Assembly: GCA_905178155.1 (NCBI GenBank)
Contig: CAJINV010000005.1
Coordinates: 8,810,449 to 8,874,448, forward strand
Length of the DNA stretch: 64,000 bases
Direction of reading: 5' to 3'
Source of the DNA: Amoebophrya sp. A120
Taxonomy: Eukaryota > Protista > Dinoflagellata
A program made the translations under genes and the position numbers. Of this stretch, positions 26,301-37,097 are shown piece by piece. The notes beneath the pieces are model-generated. The model was not told where the DNA came from, did not search any database, and worked only from the letters and a program-made list of their open reading frames with translations. The first letter of the stretch is position 1. Every line of letters begins with the position of its first letter.

Positions 26301-27455
26301 AAAAGCGTTCGCAATGCCGAATCCGCATGACAAATCCCTGATTTTGGTAACAAAAAGTGGGCAACTTTTGCTGCCTATGCATGAGAGATTCTTCTGTGTT
26401 CTGAAATGCGCATCACAAGTTTGTATTCCTCCCGACCCAGACATTTTTGCACTTGATAATTCGGTCCAGAGGTACTTGGAAAAAATGTCGTCATTGTTGA
26501 AGATCCGCTGCATCTGCAGCTGCATAGGAAGATGTTGAGTCGATGACGTTTGCTGTTCACCACCTCCATCATGAAGATAAAAACCCCCAGTACTACCAGC
26601 TCCTGTTTTACAACTACTCCTGTCCGCGATCGTCAGTCTGCCAATGTCCTTCACGGTGAGAAATTTGCAAAGCTGAAGTAACAGCTGATCGTTCTCCAGA
26701 ATCGCTTCCTGTAAGACAGATTTTCGTCTTTTGACGAAAACTTGTTCCCCGGAGACGTTGAAGAGAAGGTCCTCGTCTTCCAAAAACTCCGTACCATCCA
26801 ATGGCATCGTACTGCGGATGCTCGTTCCGGTGAATACGGAAGAGGACCCCGCGCGGGTGGAAACTTCGGAAAAACCGCGATTGTCTTTATCAAGCAGGAG
26901 CGACGATCCGGTGGTTCCGTACTGCTTGTCGCCTAGTCCAGCGGGCTTCGCATTTCCACCGGCCAAAGCGCCGTTAATATCCACGAAGTCTAGCTTGCAG
27001 GCAACGGTCCGCCGTCTCTTCCCAAACGGGGCGCGCTCCTCTAGCCCTAGGGGGGTTTCAAGATCGTGTTCTTCGGAGGCGAAAATCTCATTCTCTAGCA
27101 ATAGACTGCCTTCGCCAGCAGTCGCACTCTGCCTGCGCTTCTTGTGGACGAGCAGCTTCTTGCCGTCACGGATGAACTTTTTCAGATCCGGCGCACTCAT
27201 CTTGTTGAGCGCGAGAAAAATTACGGCTGCGGAAATGAGAGCGAGGTAGAACGCGAAAGTTATGTCAAGTCTTTGTCTTGCGTCTTCTACTGGTTGATAG
27301 TACAACCTTACAGTTTCTTTTCCTGAGAAAAAGGAAGAAAAAATGGAAGAAACGGACAGCTCTGGTTCCTCTTTTGCAAAAAAATAGTCAAAATTGTCAA
27401 GAAACTGTTCGAAGAAGCTTTTTGGCTTTTCTTCGGGTAGGAAAAGGCTCAACAT
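17400..27455 (-). CDS. Large Kelch-repeat protein, probably fused to an N-terminal TM segment and F-box-like motif
   Basis: Six Kelch-like blades (PREGHA..LFAWSG; PRMHYGHS..LVYGG; GRSYHS..VFFGG; PARFGHT..FLFGGG; GRCHMA..VFFGGG; MSGAA..YVVGGW) joined in frame over six introners. F-box-like NDQLLLQLCKFLTVKDIGRL..LWTELLKRD at 26150-26710. The junction over ~25940-26148 is inferred. Confidence 0.7.
17648..17909. mobile_element. Introner family A
   Basis: TIR; TSD caagt. Confidence 0.9.
17952..18100. mobile_element. Introner family B
   Basis: TIR; TSD ccacc. Confidence 0.9.
18175..18383. mobile_element. Introner family D
   Basis: TIR CAAGAAAAAAACTGTGT; TSD tcggg. Confidence 0.85.
18831..19052. 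mobile_element. Introner family C
   Basis: TIR TATGANAGTGCACAA; TSD gagcc/aagcc. Confidence 0.9.
19148..19398. mobile_element. Introner family A
   Basis: TIR; TSD gttcc/gttct. Confidence 0.85.
22362..22633. mobile_element. Introner family C
   Basis: TIR; TSD aggag. Confidence 0.9.
25940..26148. mobile_element. Degenerate introner-like intron
   Basis: Several TGTCATGC/GCATGACA motifs; right end GGATA; left end eroded. Confidence 0.5.
26207..26458. mobile_element. Introner family A
   Basis: TIR; TSD attcg. Confidence 0.9.
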
Positions 27456-27792
27456 TTGGGAAAAAAAATGGTGGAAGGAACATCAAGAAACGTAGAGGCG
27501 GGCGAAGTACTTACACTGTTGAGAGAACGCAAATAAATGAAGCTTCTTGGCGGGTAACTAATCTGATCTCTTCCTTAGGCTTCTTGGTGCAGCGGCCCAT
27601 AGAAGATAGAATACTCTAATCTCAAGAACTCTAGGAAAAACTACTATGTGAAGGCAGGTACTAGGCGTGAATATCTATGAATGTTGTAGTATGGATACAC
27701 GACAATGCTGTTGGTGAGCGAAGCGCAAGTGGCACTTGTGCGCCGATTATAATCTTATATTTTTCTTCGCACACTACAGTACCGCATCCTGC

Positions 27793-28004
27793 TATCGAAG
27801 AAAAAAAGTTCGTCACGATCACTCATGCGCATTCTTGCAATACAAAATAAAAATTGTTTGTCATGCGTAAAAATGCATCACAGCCAAACTTTATTAGGGA
27901 TTTCCCTAGTGTTTCTGCAATACAAGGAAAGTTTGTGATGCTGAGAAAATTTGTAATGCAAAACCTGCAAGTTAGTGACTGTGACAAACTTTTTTCTCTC
28001 CATA
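27793..28004. mobile_element. Introner, family D-like, outside any long ORF
   Basis: TIR TATCGAAGAAAAAAAGTT / AACTTTTTTCTCTCCATA; TSD cctgc. Confidence 0.8.
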
Positions 28005-29407
28005 CCTGCGGTAAGAACTGTACTAGGTGCTTATAGGTGCTGTCCCAAGTAGTCCATGCTCCTGGCACCCGCCTGGCTCCGTCGTGCACCAGGAAGTTGT
28101 AATGCTAATGCCGGACAAGCAAATAAAACTAGGGGGTCTACAAAGAACTACCTCTCGCCTATGCTACATCATCCGCGGTCAATAGCAAGGGTCACTGCGA
28201 GGAAGAAGATTTTTACGGTGCATATTATGCTATGGTATATGATCGAAGCCACGGCATTGGCGCCGAGCTGACGTCCACGTTGCAAAGTGCTTTTTTTTTC
28301 GGTGTAGTACTAGTTCCGACTCATGAGAGCGAGAAAAACTAGACATATATCCTGTCACTACTTGCGATGACCGTCTTCATCACGTCCTCCGACTCATAGC
28401 ATCCTTGAAGTTACACTGATCAGTACGCACCGCTTCCGCTCTACTAGGGAGTTGTTGCGCTAGCCGCGTAGTAGTTGCGTGCGTAAAAAAATCGACCGAC
28501 TTGAAGATTGAGAAACAGCCATAGCTGTATCGAGAATGAAAAAAACGTGACCGAAATTCGTTTGATTCTTATGGCGTCGGTCTTGTAGCTCTGTGTCGCC
28601 TTCAATAAAGCAGAAGCAGTTCGTTTTTGTGGTCTTCGTCTTTCGGGTGGTCATCTCCACTGTGATGCAAATTTCATACTTTTTGCTGTCATATCAATTT
28701 AAGTACTTGCCACCGGTTCCGGTAGGAACGTTAGTGCCAGAAAGGAACAACGACAACAGTAAATCTTCACCACTGCGGCCTCATAGTTGTAGCCCATCTC
28801 TCATTCTTGTCGAAGCAGAGAGTCACCATCTTTATCTTTTTTTTCGTTTTTAGTTTGGAAGAAATTTCATAATCCTTCCTGTGTGGCCGATTTCTTGGCG
28901 GGTAGTGCTGTGTACTCTTTTTTTGGGGCATCTCCTACTTCAAGCACGTCTTAGCTGTGCCAGCAGGTCTTACTAAGGAGAGAATCTCGTGCGGTAGCAC
29001 GAGCAGCGCACCTGTTCATGTTCATCTCACCATTGATACAAAAGCAAAACATTTTCCGGTTTTTTTGCAAGCACGGCTTTTGAATATGACCTGTTGTTCA
29101 CCATCATTTTGCCCATACCTCTGCTAGTATATTAGTGGTTTTGATGAAGTTCTTCTGCCATGTTTTTTTCATCTCACAGCAAACTAGAAGACCCTATTCT
29201 CCTCTGTAGCTTGTAAACTGAATTTTTTTCCAAAAATTCGGCATCTTCAAGGTCTTCTCAAGCTGTGAAGTTGTGCTTCGGGTCGTTCTATGGCTGGATT
29301 ATCGGCGGCGTGTCCGATGAAGAAAGTAGACCACTCGTTCTCGCAGGTCGTGATACTACTAGCGTGTTGTAGTTCACCAAGCCCGTCAAAACAAGCATCA
29401 GACTGCG

Positions 29408-30239
29408 AGGTCGCGGAGGTGGAGGTGGTCTACTCTACTTACTCTTCATTCTGCATGATCCCTAAAACTAGAACTAAAAATATAGCCGCCGGGGCGGAGG
29501 TAGTGAGGTCGGTGGCGTTTTCTTGCCGACCGTTGCCTTGGCCACGGCTTTGCTTTTTCTGGGCCCGCCATGCCGCCGTGGGTAAGGTTATGCCGCACGG
29601 CATGGCGGCCGGTTGAAAAACATGGCAGATATTTGGCAAATTTTCGAAATTCCTGTCCGGAAGCCAGCCCCGACGCTATGGAGCCGATCCGGGCGCCACG
29701 GGGGGCGCCCAAAAACCGAAGAAAAATCGGGCCCATAGCATGCGGATTGGCTTCTCGCGTCTCGCGCGCTTTTTCTTTTTTGCGTTTTTATTTTTCGCGC
29801 CGGCGCTTTTTGCAAAGCTTCTCCCGCTTAGAAACCGGCGAAAAGGCGGCCGCTTTCGCGGCTGCCCAAAATGCTTCGAAATCGCGGCCGTGCCATGCGG
29901 TTTCGCTGTTCTGATTTTTGGCGCGTTTTTTTCGGGCGCCCTTTTGGGCACCCCAAATCGCCAGAAGCTAAGGCGGTGGGCGCCTCAGAAGGGCACCCCT
30001 TTTACCGGCGCCCCTGCGTCGTTTTATCAAGCGGCGACCGATAGTTTCCGCAGGCGATTCGTTGAAGACAAAGCCAAACAGGCTTGTACGCTGCGAGCTT
30101 TTTCATGCAAAAAAACTCTCTGTAGGCTTGAAAACTGCCGGTCGTTTTCTTAGGCTTGAAAACTCTCTGCAGGTCGTGGAGGTGGAGGTGGTCTACTCTA
30201 CTTACTCTTCATTCTGCATGATCCCTAAAACTAGAACTA
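29408..30239. repeat. 69-bp direct repeats (29408-29476, 30171-30239) enclosing a 694-bp GC-rich hairpin-rich insert
   Basis: AGGTCG(C/T)GGAGGTGGAGG...CCCTAAAACTAGAACTA occurs twice with one mismatch. Confidence 0.9.
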
Positions 30240-30612
30240 CAAAACGAGGTCGAGCTACGAAATAACTTTTTGTTGATCAGCTGCTCCTGCACCATCTTAC
30301 GATTTTTCAACGCGGAGTTCTATGCGGTAACAGAAAAATAAATAAATGCGATAGTACAGCTGCAAAGCTATTTATCGTTGTTTTCGAAGAAGAGAGGGAG
30401 TTGTGAGAGAGTTTAGCAAGGGAAATATACTTCTAAGTGCCAAACCCAAACTTTGACGTGCACAAATGCGATAATTACTTATGTCTGTTAAATATAGCTT
30501 GTTCTCAAAACAAAATCCCGATTGCTTCAGCACTTCAATTTTTTCAAAAAGGGTCCTCGTGGTCCTAGAGATGTTATGTTTTTTTCACCCAAACATCACA
30601 TTCCTCGAACTT

Positions 30613-31059
30613 TTATCTTCTGCCACTTGTTCTCATATTTTTCCCGTACCGCAACTGGTGTTCTTCCCGGTGTTGTTCTGGCACAAGGATGTAGCTGTTG
30701 CGCGACCGCGGGCTCTCAATGTCCTCGTCCTCATCAGTGATGTAGTACGTCCTGCCACTCCGCACGCCTTCCGATCCGCCCGCGCCGATTCGCATCAGCA
30801 CCGAATCACGGCGATGCGCGCAGGGCCAGTAGGCCCAGAGCCACGGGACGCAGCCGAGGACGAAAAACGTCGCCCCGGGGAGCAAGGTGCACACGTGGTG
30901 GAGCATCTGCCGCCGCGTGGCTTCGTCCTTCGGGTCTACACGTAGATACACGTCGAAGATCTGCAGAATGGCGTCGGCAAAGTAGAAAACGCAGCCGATT
31001 GTGAACAGCACCGCCGTCCAAAAATCCGCCGACCACTGCGTGGGCCCCGGCATCGACAT
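30613..31059 (-). CDS. Small 2-TM membrane protein (148 aa), YrhK-like pattern
   Basis: Intronless ORF with hydrophobic segments VLFTIGCVFYFADAIL and LPGATFFVLGCVPWLW; in-frame stop upstream of the ATG. Confidence 0.6.
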   Translation of the reverse strand: MSMPGPTQWSADFWTAVLFTIGCVFYFADAILQIFDVYLRVDPKDEATRRQMLHHVCTLLPGATFFVLGCVPWLWAYWPCAHRRDSVLMRIGAGGSEGVRSGRTYYITDEDEDIESPRSRNSYILVPEQHREEHQLRYGKNMRTSGRR

Positions 31060-32217
31060 GGGTGTTTTGGTTCCACTTGTTCTTCTGGAGTCTACTTTCC
31101 AATTTCAATGGCTCCTGGTCCTGCTACAGATACAATTTCTTTTTGTTTTTCTGGCCCAAGTACTAGGGACGGCGCCCCTGCGGTCGTGAGAGTGTTGCTC
31201 GGGGTCGGAGGTTTTATTCCTGCAAAACCTTGCCATTCAGTTCGATACTACCGTTTGGGTAAAAACAAACTTGTGGTGGGAAGATCCTGCAGGTACAGGA
31301 AACGGAAGGATATGATCAATCGATGCGATTTATACGAATTCTTAAAGGATGTAGGTGAATTGTGAATGTGAAGATGGTAAAAGTTTTTAAGAGTAGTTGT
31401 GTTGCTGTAAGAGTGATTTCGACATGAGCATGACGGAGTGGAGTATCATGAGAAGTACAAGGAAAATGAAATGCCCATGACGGGGCGCATTTAAGATTTT
31501 CATTTTTCGAAACAAACAGCTACAGCCCGTGTAGTGCGTGCTGGCTGCGTGATAAACATTTTGATTTCATTACCGACTTACCGACAGATGAAAAGGATCT
31601 CATGAGAGGACCGACAGAGCAGAGATCGATGAAACAGAAGGTGTTTGGATCTTTCTTGCGAAGCATGACAACATGTTGGTGATTTACAAACCCTCTTTTA
31701 CTACTACACCGATGAAATTACTATACTTGTTTCCAAAACCGACAGTTTTAATATGATCCGAGCCCGACATTGAATATATTTTCGGGTCCATATCCATGGA
31801 GCAGAACTTTCTGTTACTGTTTCATCATGATCATAGGTTTTCGCAAGTGTTTGCAGAACTTGTTGCTGTTTCAGGAGGACCAGCAACGCGATTGATGCAT
31901 CGGAAACTCCCCAAAAGAGTCGCTTACGACCTTTTTCAGAGCTGGGTAGTAGTACACCAAGCAACATTCATCGCCCGAGATGCTACGTTCCTCAAAGTAG
32001 AAGATAAAAAACAAAAAAGTCGCTGTTTTAGTTTCTCTTTCTGCAGAATGGAAAACTTCAACTCATTCACTTTTATCGTCCTTGCCAGATTTATTTTCCA
32101 ACAAGCAAGAGTTCCCATCTCCTTCTGCACACTAGTTTCCAGGAACCTTGAAGATTCCTTGTTGTCGCGGCAAGAATGCTTGTTCTGTCTATAGAATCCG
32201 CTTGTATTTTTCGCGGC

Positions 32218-35200
32218 TCAACAAGATGAAATCATCTCATTCTTCAAAAACCTCTGCCAGATCTTGTTTTGCCCGGTGGAGACCAAAAACTTGGGCAGTT
32301 CCTCGACCGTCTTCCACTCGAAGTTGCGCTCGCAGCACTCTACGGATTTCGTATTCTCATCCACCTCCCTGGCGTAAATATGGTAGTAGTGGACCTGCGA
32401 GCTGAAGACGTGCTTCACGGGTTCTTTATCCTCGGTGATCTTCAGAAATAAAGAACTACCGCTTTTAACAGTACTACTGCTCTGCTTCTTCGATGAAGTA
32501 GAAACACAATCCCCTCCTTTTGATGATCCCGTTGCTGTGGATGAAAATCGCAGGTGCGGAAATCTGTATTGCCCCAGGAGCAGCGTGCCCTCGGATTCTC
32601 GTATTACGGCGATCTTGTTCATCTTCGTGCGATTTTCCTTTTGATGCTGACCCGATGCCAATTTGCTCGCCGATTGTTCTCTTGAGAAGAGGATCACGAC
32701 ATCAAAATTTTTTTCCGGGACCTGCTTCTTCTTCTCCTTCCGCCCGATCAAAGAGATGGCCTCGATGTCGGGGTTTGAATTTAGTGTCCCCGCCGGTTTT
32801 TTGCCACTTCTCCCATGCGTAGAAAACGCCCTGCAGTGGCTCTGGACCGGGCAGTTTTTACAGTCTGGGTTGTCTGGAGTGCAAACCGTGGCGCCGAGCT
32901 CCATCACCGCCTGGTTCACAGCGCCGGGAATGTTTTTGATGACAGTACTGCAGCCGGCGCCCTTTGTCATGCTGGAAGAGGAAGAGGAGAAGGACGCAGC
33001 TGCTGAGGAAGATAAGGACGCCGCCGCCGTCAAATTGTCCATTACCTCCCACAACCAGTCCCCGTTCGGCAAAGGAGCCTTGGTCTTCTTGGTCGACGCA
33101 CGCGGCGCACCACTTAGATGAGCAGCTTTCGTCGAGAGGAAGTTCCCTGGTTTGCCCAGGTTACTGGGCATAGGGCCGGTGATGTGGAAAAGTCGGTGCA
33201 ATATCGCGTGCGAATATGTCCGGGTCTGGAGGAGTGCAGCCGTTTGTTTCATGCAGTTTCCGCATCTGAGAGACGGTCTGGCATGCGCGTAAAGCATGAC
33301 AAATTCTGCGGAGGTCTCTCCATGCCTAGTTTGCATGAGACATGCTCTGTCTTGGGCACCAGAATGAATCTGGCGTCTTTTTCTGACTACGCAACACAGA
33401 CTTTTCCCTGTTCGGGAATCTGCATCACAAGTTGCAACCTGCTTCCAGACCCACACATATTTATATATTGCAATCCATATGCAAAACCCGGGCGACATTC
33501 CCGTCCACCACGCCGACTTTTTCGCCGTTCGCTATCGACGCCACGGCAGACGCGGTGTAGGGGCCGATACCGGGGAGGAGCTGCAGTTCCGCGCGAGTTT
33601 TGGGGAGCTTATCCTGTGCGAAAGTATCGTACTCGTACCGTAGTAATTGCATTCGTGCATTACAATTTTTTTTTCTCAAGGTAAATCCGCATGACAAATT
33701 TTATTTCTCATGCTGGGGAAATTTGTAATACATTCAGACGAGTACGATACTTTTGCACAGGATAGAGCTGGATTCTCGTAGATGCTTGTCCTACTTTCGC
33801 GCCACCTGCTGCCTGTAGTTGTAACACGGTTTCCGCGACTTTCTTCAGGTTTCTCGCCCGATTGTAGTATCCGAGGCCCGCCCAGTGTTCTTATGACAGT
33901 GCACAATTTCCCCTCCCCCTCATTTGTCATGCAAATATACCTAATGCACGCCTCGGCTCTTGGCACAGTTTGCATGACAAGACGTTCTGGCAGCCCAAAT
34001 TATAGCACTAAACTCCTGTCCAATTTTGTCATGCAAAACCTGTACTCTTGCTGACGCTTGTGTTGCTGTTCATGCGATACAAACGACGGGGAAGCAAAGT
34101 TGTGCACTTTCATAGCTCTAGCACTCGGTCCATGTTTTTCTCCTCCGCCAGGTCCTGTAAACTCGGCCAGGTCGTGCACCACTTTTCCCAGTAGGGGATC
34201 ACGGCGGTAACCCGGGTCTGCTGCAGCATGTATGAGCGTGCACAACCCCTCCTCGTTCTCATAAATTTCTCATGCAAAACACCAACTCCAGACTGTCCCT
34301 CCTGTCACCATTATGCATGACAAGTTCTGGTAGGAGCCCAAATAGCATGACTACACTTCATTGTAGCTTTGTCATGCAAAACCGGCATTCGTGCTGATGC
34401 TTGTATTGCTGTTCATGCTATACAAATGAGGGGGAGAGTTGTGCACTGTCATAGCATGATTTCCGACACCAGAATCTTGTACGACGGGTCGTTTTTTATC
34501 TTCTCCCAGTCCTATCAACTGTAAAAATGTCTGGGTCTGGAAGACTGCAACTTGTCATGCTGATTTTGAATTCTAAAAAAATCTGTATTGCATGGGCAGC
34601 AAAGAGCGTCCAAGTTTTGCTACACGGAAAGAGCATTTCTCATGCGGTATAGGCATCAGGAGGCCCTCACAAAATCTGTGATGCTAGGGCATGCATCACA
34701 GACATCAGAAGTTATGCAAAGTGTGCATGACAAACCCGGAAATCTTCCAGACCCAGACATTTTTACATTTGATAAGTCCCGCCACGGCAGGGCCCGTTTG
34801 TGTTTCTCATACCACGTGACTAATTGCTGCTGAAGCGCGGGGTAGTTGATGTTGATAATGTTGGTGGTGGAAGAACCTACTGTAGTCGTGGTTGCCGCAC
34901 TTCTAGAGGAGAAGTCGATTTTCGAAAGTTGGGCGAAGTAATTCTTTGCGTGTTGGTCCTCTTCGGTACTGCTGGAACTCCCGGTCATCTTCCCGGTTTT
35001 CTCGTCAATCAGGCTGTTTTCTCTTCCGGCATGTGTTTTCTTCCCCGCTTCTTTACCGTGGTTTTCTCCTGCAGATGACCCTGCTGCTGTTGTTCCTGCT
35101 GCTTTGCTGCTGGTTTTGATGTTTTTCGCCGGCCTTATTTTGTCATTCGCCTTCTTCACCCGGGGCTCTTTGCTTGACGGGGCGCCGCCGCTGAATTTTG

Positions 35201-35576
35201 GTGCCAGAGCAGACTTTCCATTGGACGCATTTGCTTTGCCCGACGGTCGTGCAGATGAAGCAGCTTTACTGCCGGAAAGTCTCGACGTCGACGTCTTAGT
35301 AGTCATTTTCCGGGTCGCTCCCGCCGCGGCAGAACTTTTGTTAGTACGACTACCTCCTGCCACGGCCTTTGCAGTCTTTGCTGCTGCCGTGACCGCCGCC
35401 CCACCGGTTTTGCTTTTGTCCGCCGTTTTCTTCATCGCGATCTTTTTACTTGTATTCGCCTCCTCGACGTCCTCTTCTGGTGCTGGGGCGACACGTTTCA
35501 TGTTCTTCGTAGTTCCCAGCATAGAAGGAGGCGGAGCGGAAAAAGTATTGGTAGTCGGCGGGATGCGAGAGGGCAT
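32218..35576 (-). CDS. MUTYH: A/G-specific adenine DNA glycosylase MutY/MUTYH, 6 exons
   Basis: Spliced motifs [38 protein letters not shown], Hh[31 protein letters not shown] and the [4Fe-4S] CX6CX2CX5C motif; C-terminal KHVFS motif. Confidence 0.95.
33202..33479. mobile_element. Introner family A
   Basis: TIR; TSD tgcaa. Confidence 0.85.
33610..33764. mobile_element. Introner family B
   Basis: TIR; TSD gagct. Confidence 0.9.
33892..34114. mobile_element. Introner family C
   Basis: TIR; TSD gttct/gctct. Confidence 0.9.
34231..34453. mobile_element. Introner family C
   Basis: TIR; TSD gcatg; splits SEIML|QQT. Confidence 0.9.
34513..34774. mobile_element. Introner family A
   Basis: TIR; TSD agtcc. 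Confidence 0.9.
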
Positions 35577-37097
35577 GATGTTGTTGGACGTCTGGTGCGT
35601 CGTTCTCAAGGAGTCGAGTACACCAAGGGGATTTGTCGAAAGACTGGTCGTAGCTTTTCGTTACTAGCGTTTCTGATTTCTACTGTCGCTTTTTCACGAT
35701 GTTTTCTGTAGCCGACTCCTGAATCAAGGTGCAACAACAATCATATATATCGATAACATTCAATCAGGTTTCTGCGACGGGCAGTAAATACGAAAATGTC
35801 TCTGTCTCGACGTAGAAAGAAGTTTAGTACCTCTCGACAGAAGTCTTTCTCGGCAGAATTCTTTCTCACGTGATCGCAAGCTGTAACTTCTGTTGCCACC
35901 AAGCTACAACGAGCTGGAGGCACAATGCAACAATAGTACTTTCGTCTACCTAGTACACGAAGTAGACAACACATCGCCCACATAGAAAGATTTTTGAGGC
36001 TCCCTAGGAAGAGATGAACGCGGTCGCCGACGCCGTTGAATTGCGATTATATTCGTCGTGTAATTATGCAGCACCATCTTCACAACGGTGATAGAGCCTT
36101 GAACATTTGATGCCATGCCCAGGCATGGAAAGAAAGAAAGTACAAGTACTTGATGTTCTTTCAATTTAATCAATTTCCCGTTCCCCCCTCCAAGGGATCA
36201 TGAATTATGCCAAACAGTAGACGCAGTTCAATGCGTCTTGCCATTCGCGTACTTACGTACTTATCCGTGCTTCGACGACAAGGAGACTTCCTCCTTGCGC
36301 CGTGCTCCTGTTGGTTCTTCGCGGCTATGCATGATAATTGATTCAGGTCAAAAAACAAAATGTAACTTTTGCATCTACTTCCGAAAAAGTTGTATATGAA
36401 GAAGAAGGAAAATAGCATCACATACAACCTTGCAGCTAGTACTTTGCCGCGAAGATCGGGAAGATCGCCCAGGACGAGCGAAACAACATGATCGGCGAAG
36501 TAGACGCGCAAGACAAAAATGTGAAAATGAAAGATGGAGTTGGAAATAATAGAAATGCCGACATTAGCATTACGTTGGTGGGCGAAGTAAAAAATTATAA
36601 ACTGTTGCGTTGTAGATGTAGTTGTTAATAGTGAAGAAAAATGTTCAAAAAACGCAAAAGAAATACTGTGCACGCAACCCCGCATGTTGGCTGTACATGC
36701 GTCGTGCGATGATCTGTAAAATTAATCATTACCAAAATCGGGAATTATAGCAATAGTGTATGAAAATAGTACCGTGTCAACATTCTATATGAAATCTCAA
36801 ATCTGTACAGAACAACAACTCGGCGATAAAATACTTAGAATAGACAACGATAAAATGGGAAAAAGTATAAAAGAACAACATGCAATCAAAAGCTATGTAG
36901 AACTAGAAGCAGAGCCGTACAATTTTCAAATGAGTTCCTCCACAAGGTGCTGCTGAAATGCCAGTGGAACGTGTGTGGTGTCTTCAAACAAAAGGTTCTC
37001 ACGTCGTCGGTTCTGGTCTTCTAAAAGTAAGTACTCAAATACCGCACAGTTTTTGCAGTAAACACTAGGTTGCAATCTTAAAAAAAGCCTCCCGCTC

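Noticed and set aside
29408-29476. Hammerhead ribozyme, LTR, spliced leader or telomere seed in the 69-bp repeat
   Set aside because: There is no CTGANGA/GAAA core, no TG..CA ends, no dinoflagellate spliced-leader match and only one CCCTAAA.
35741-36956. ORFs including 36170-36685
   Set aside because: AT-rich intergenic composition with no domain signal.
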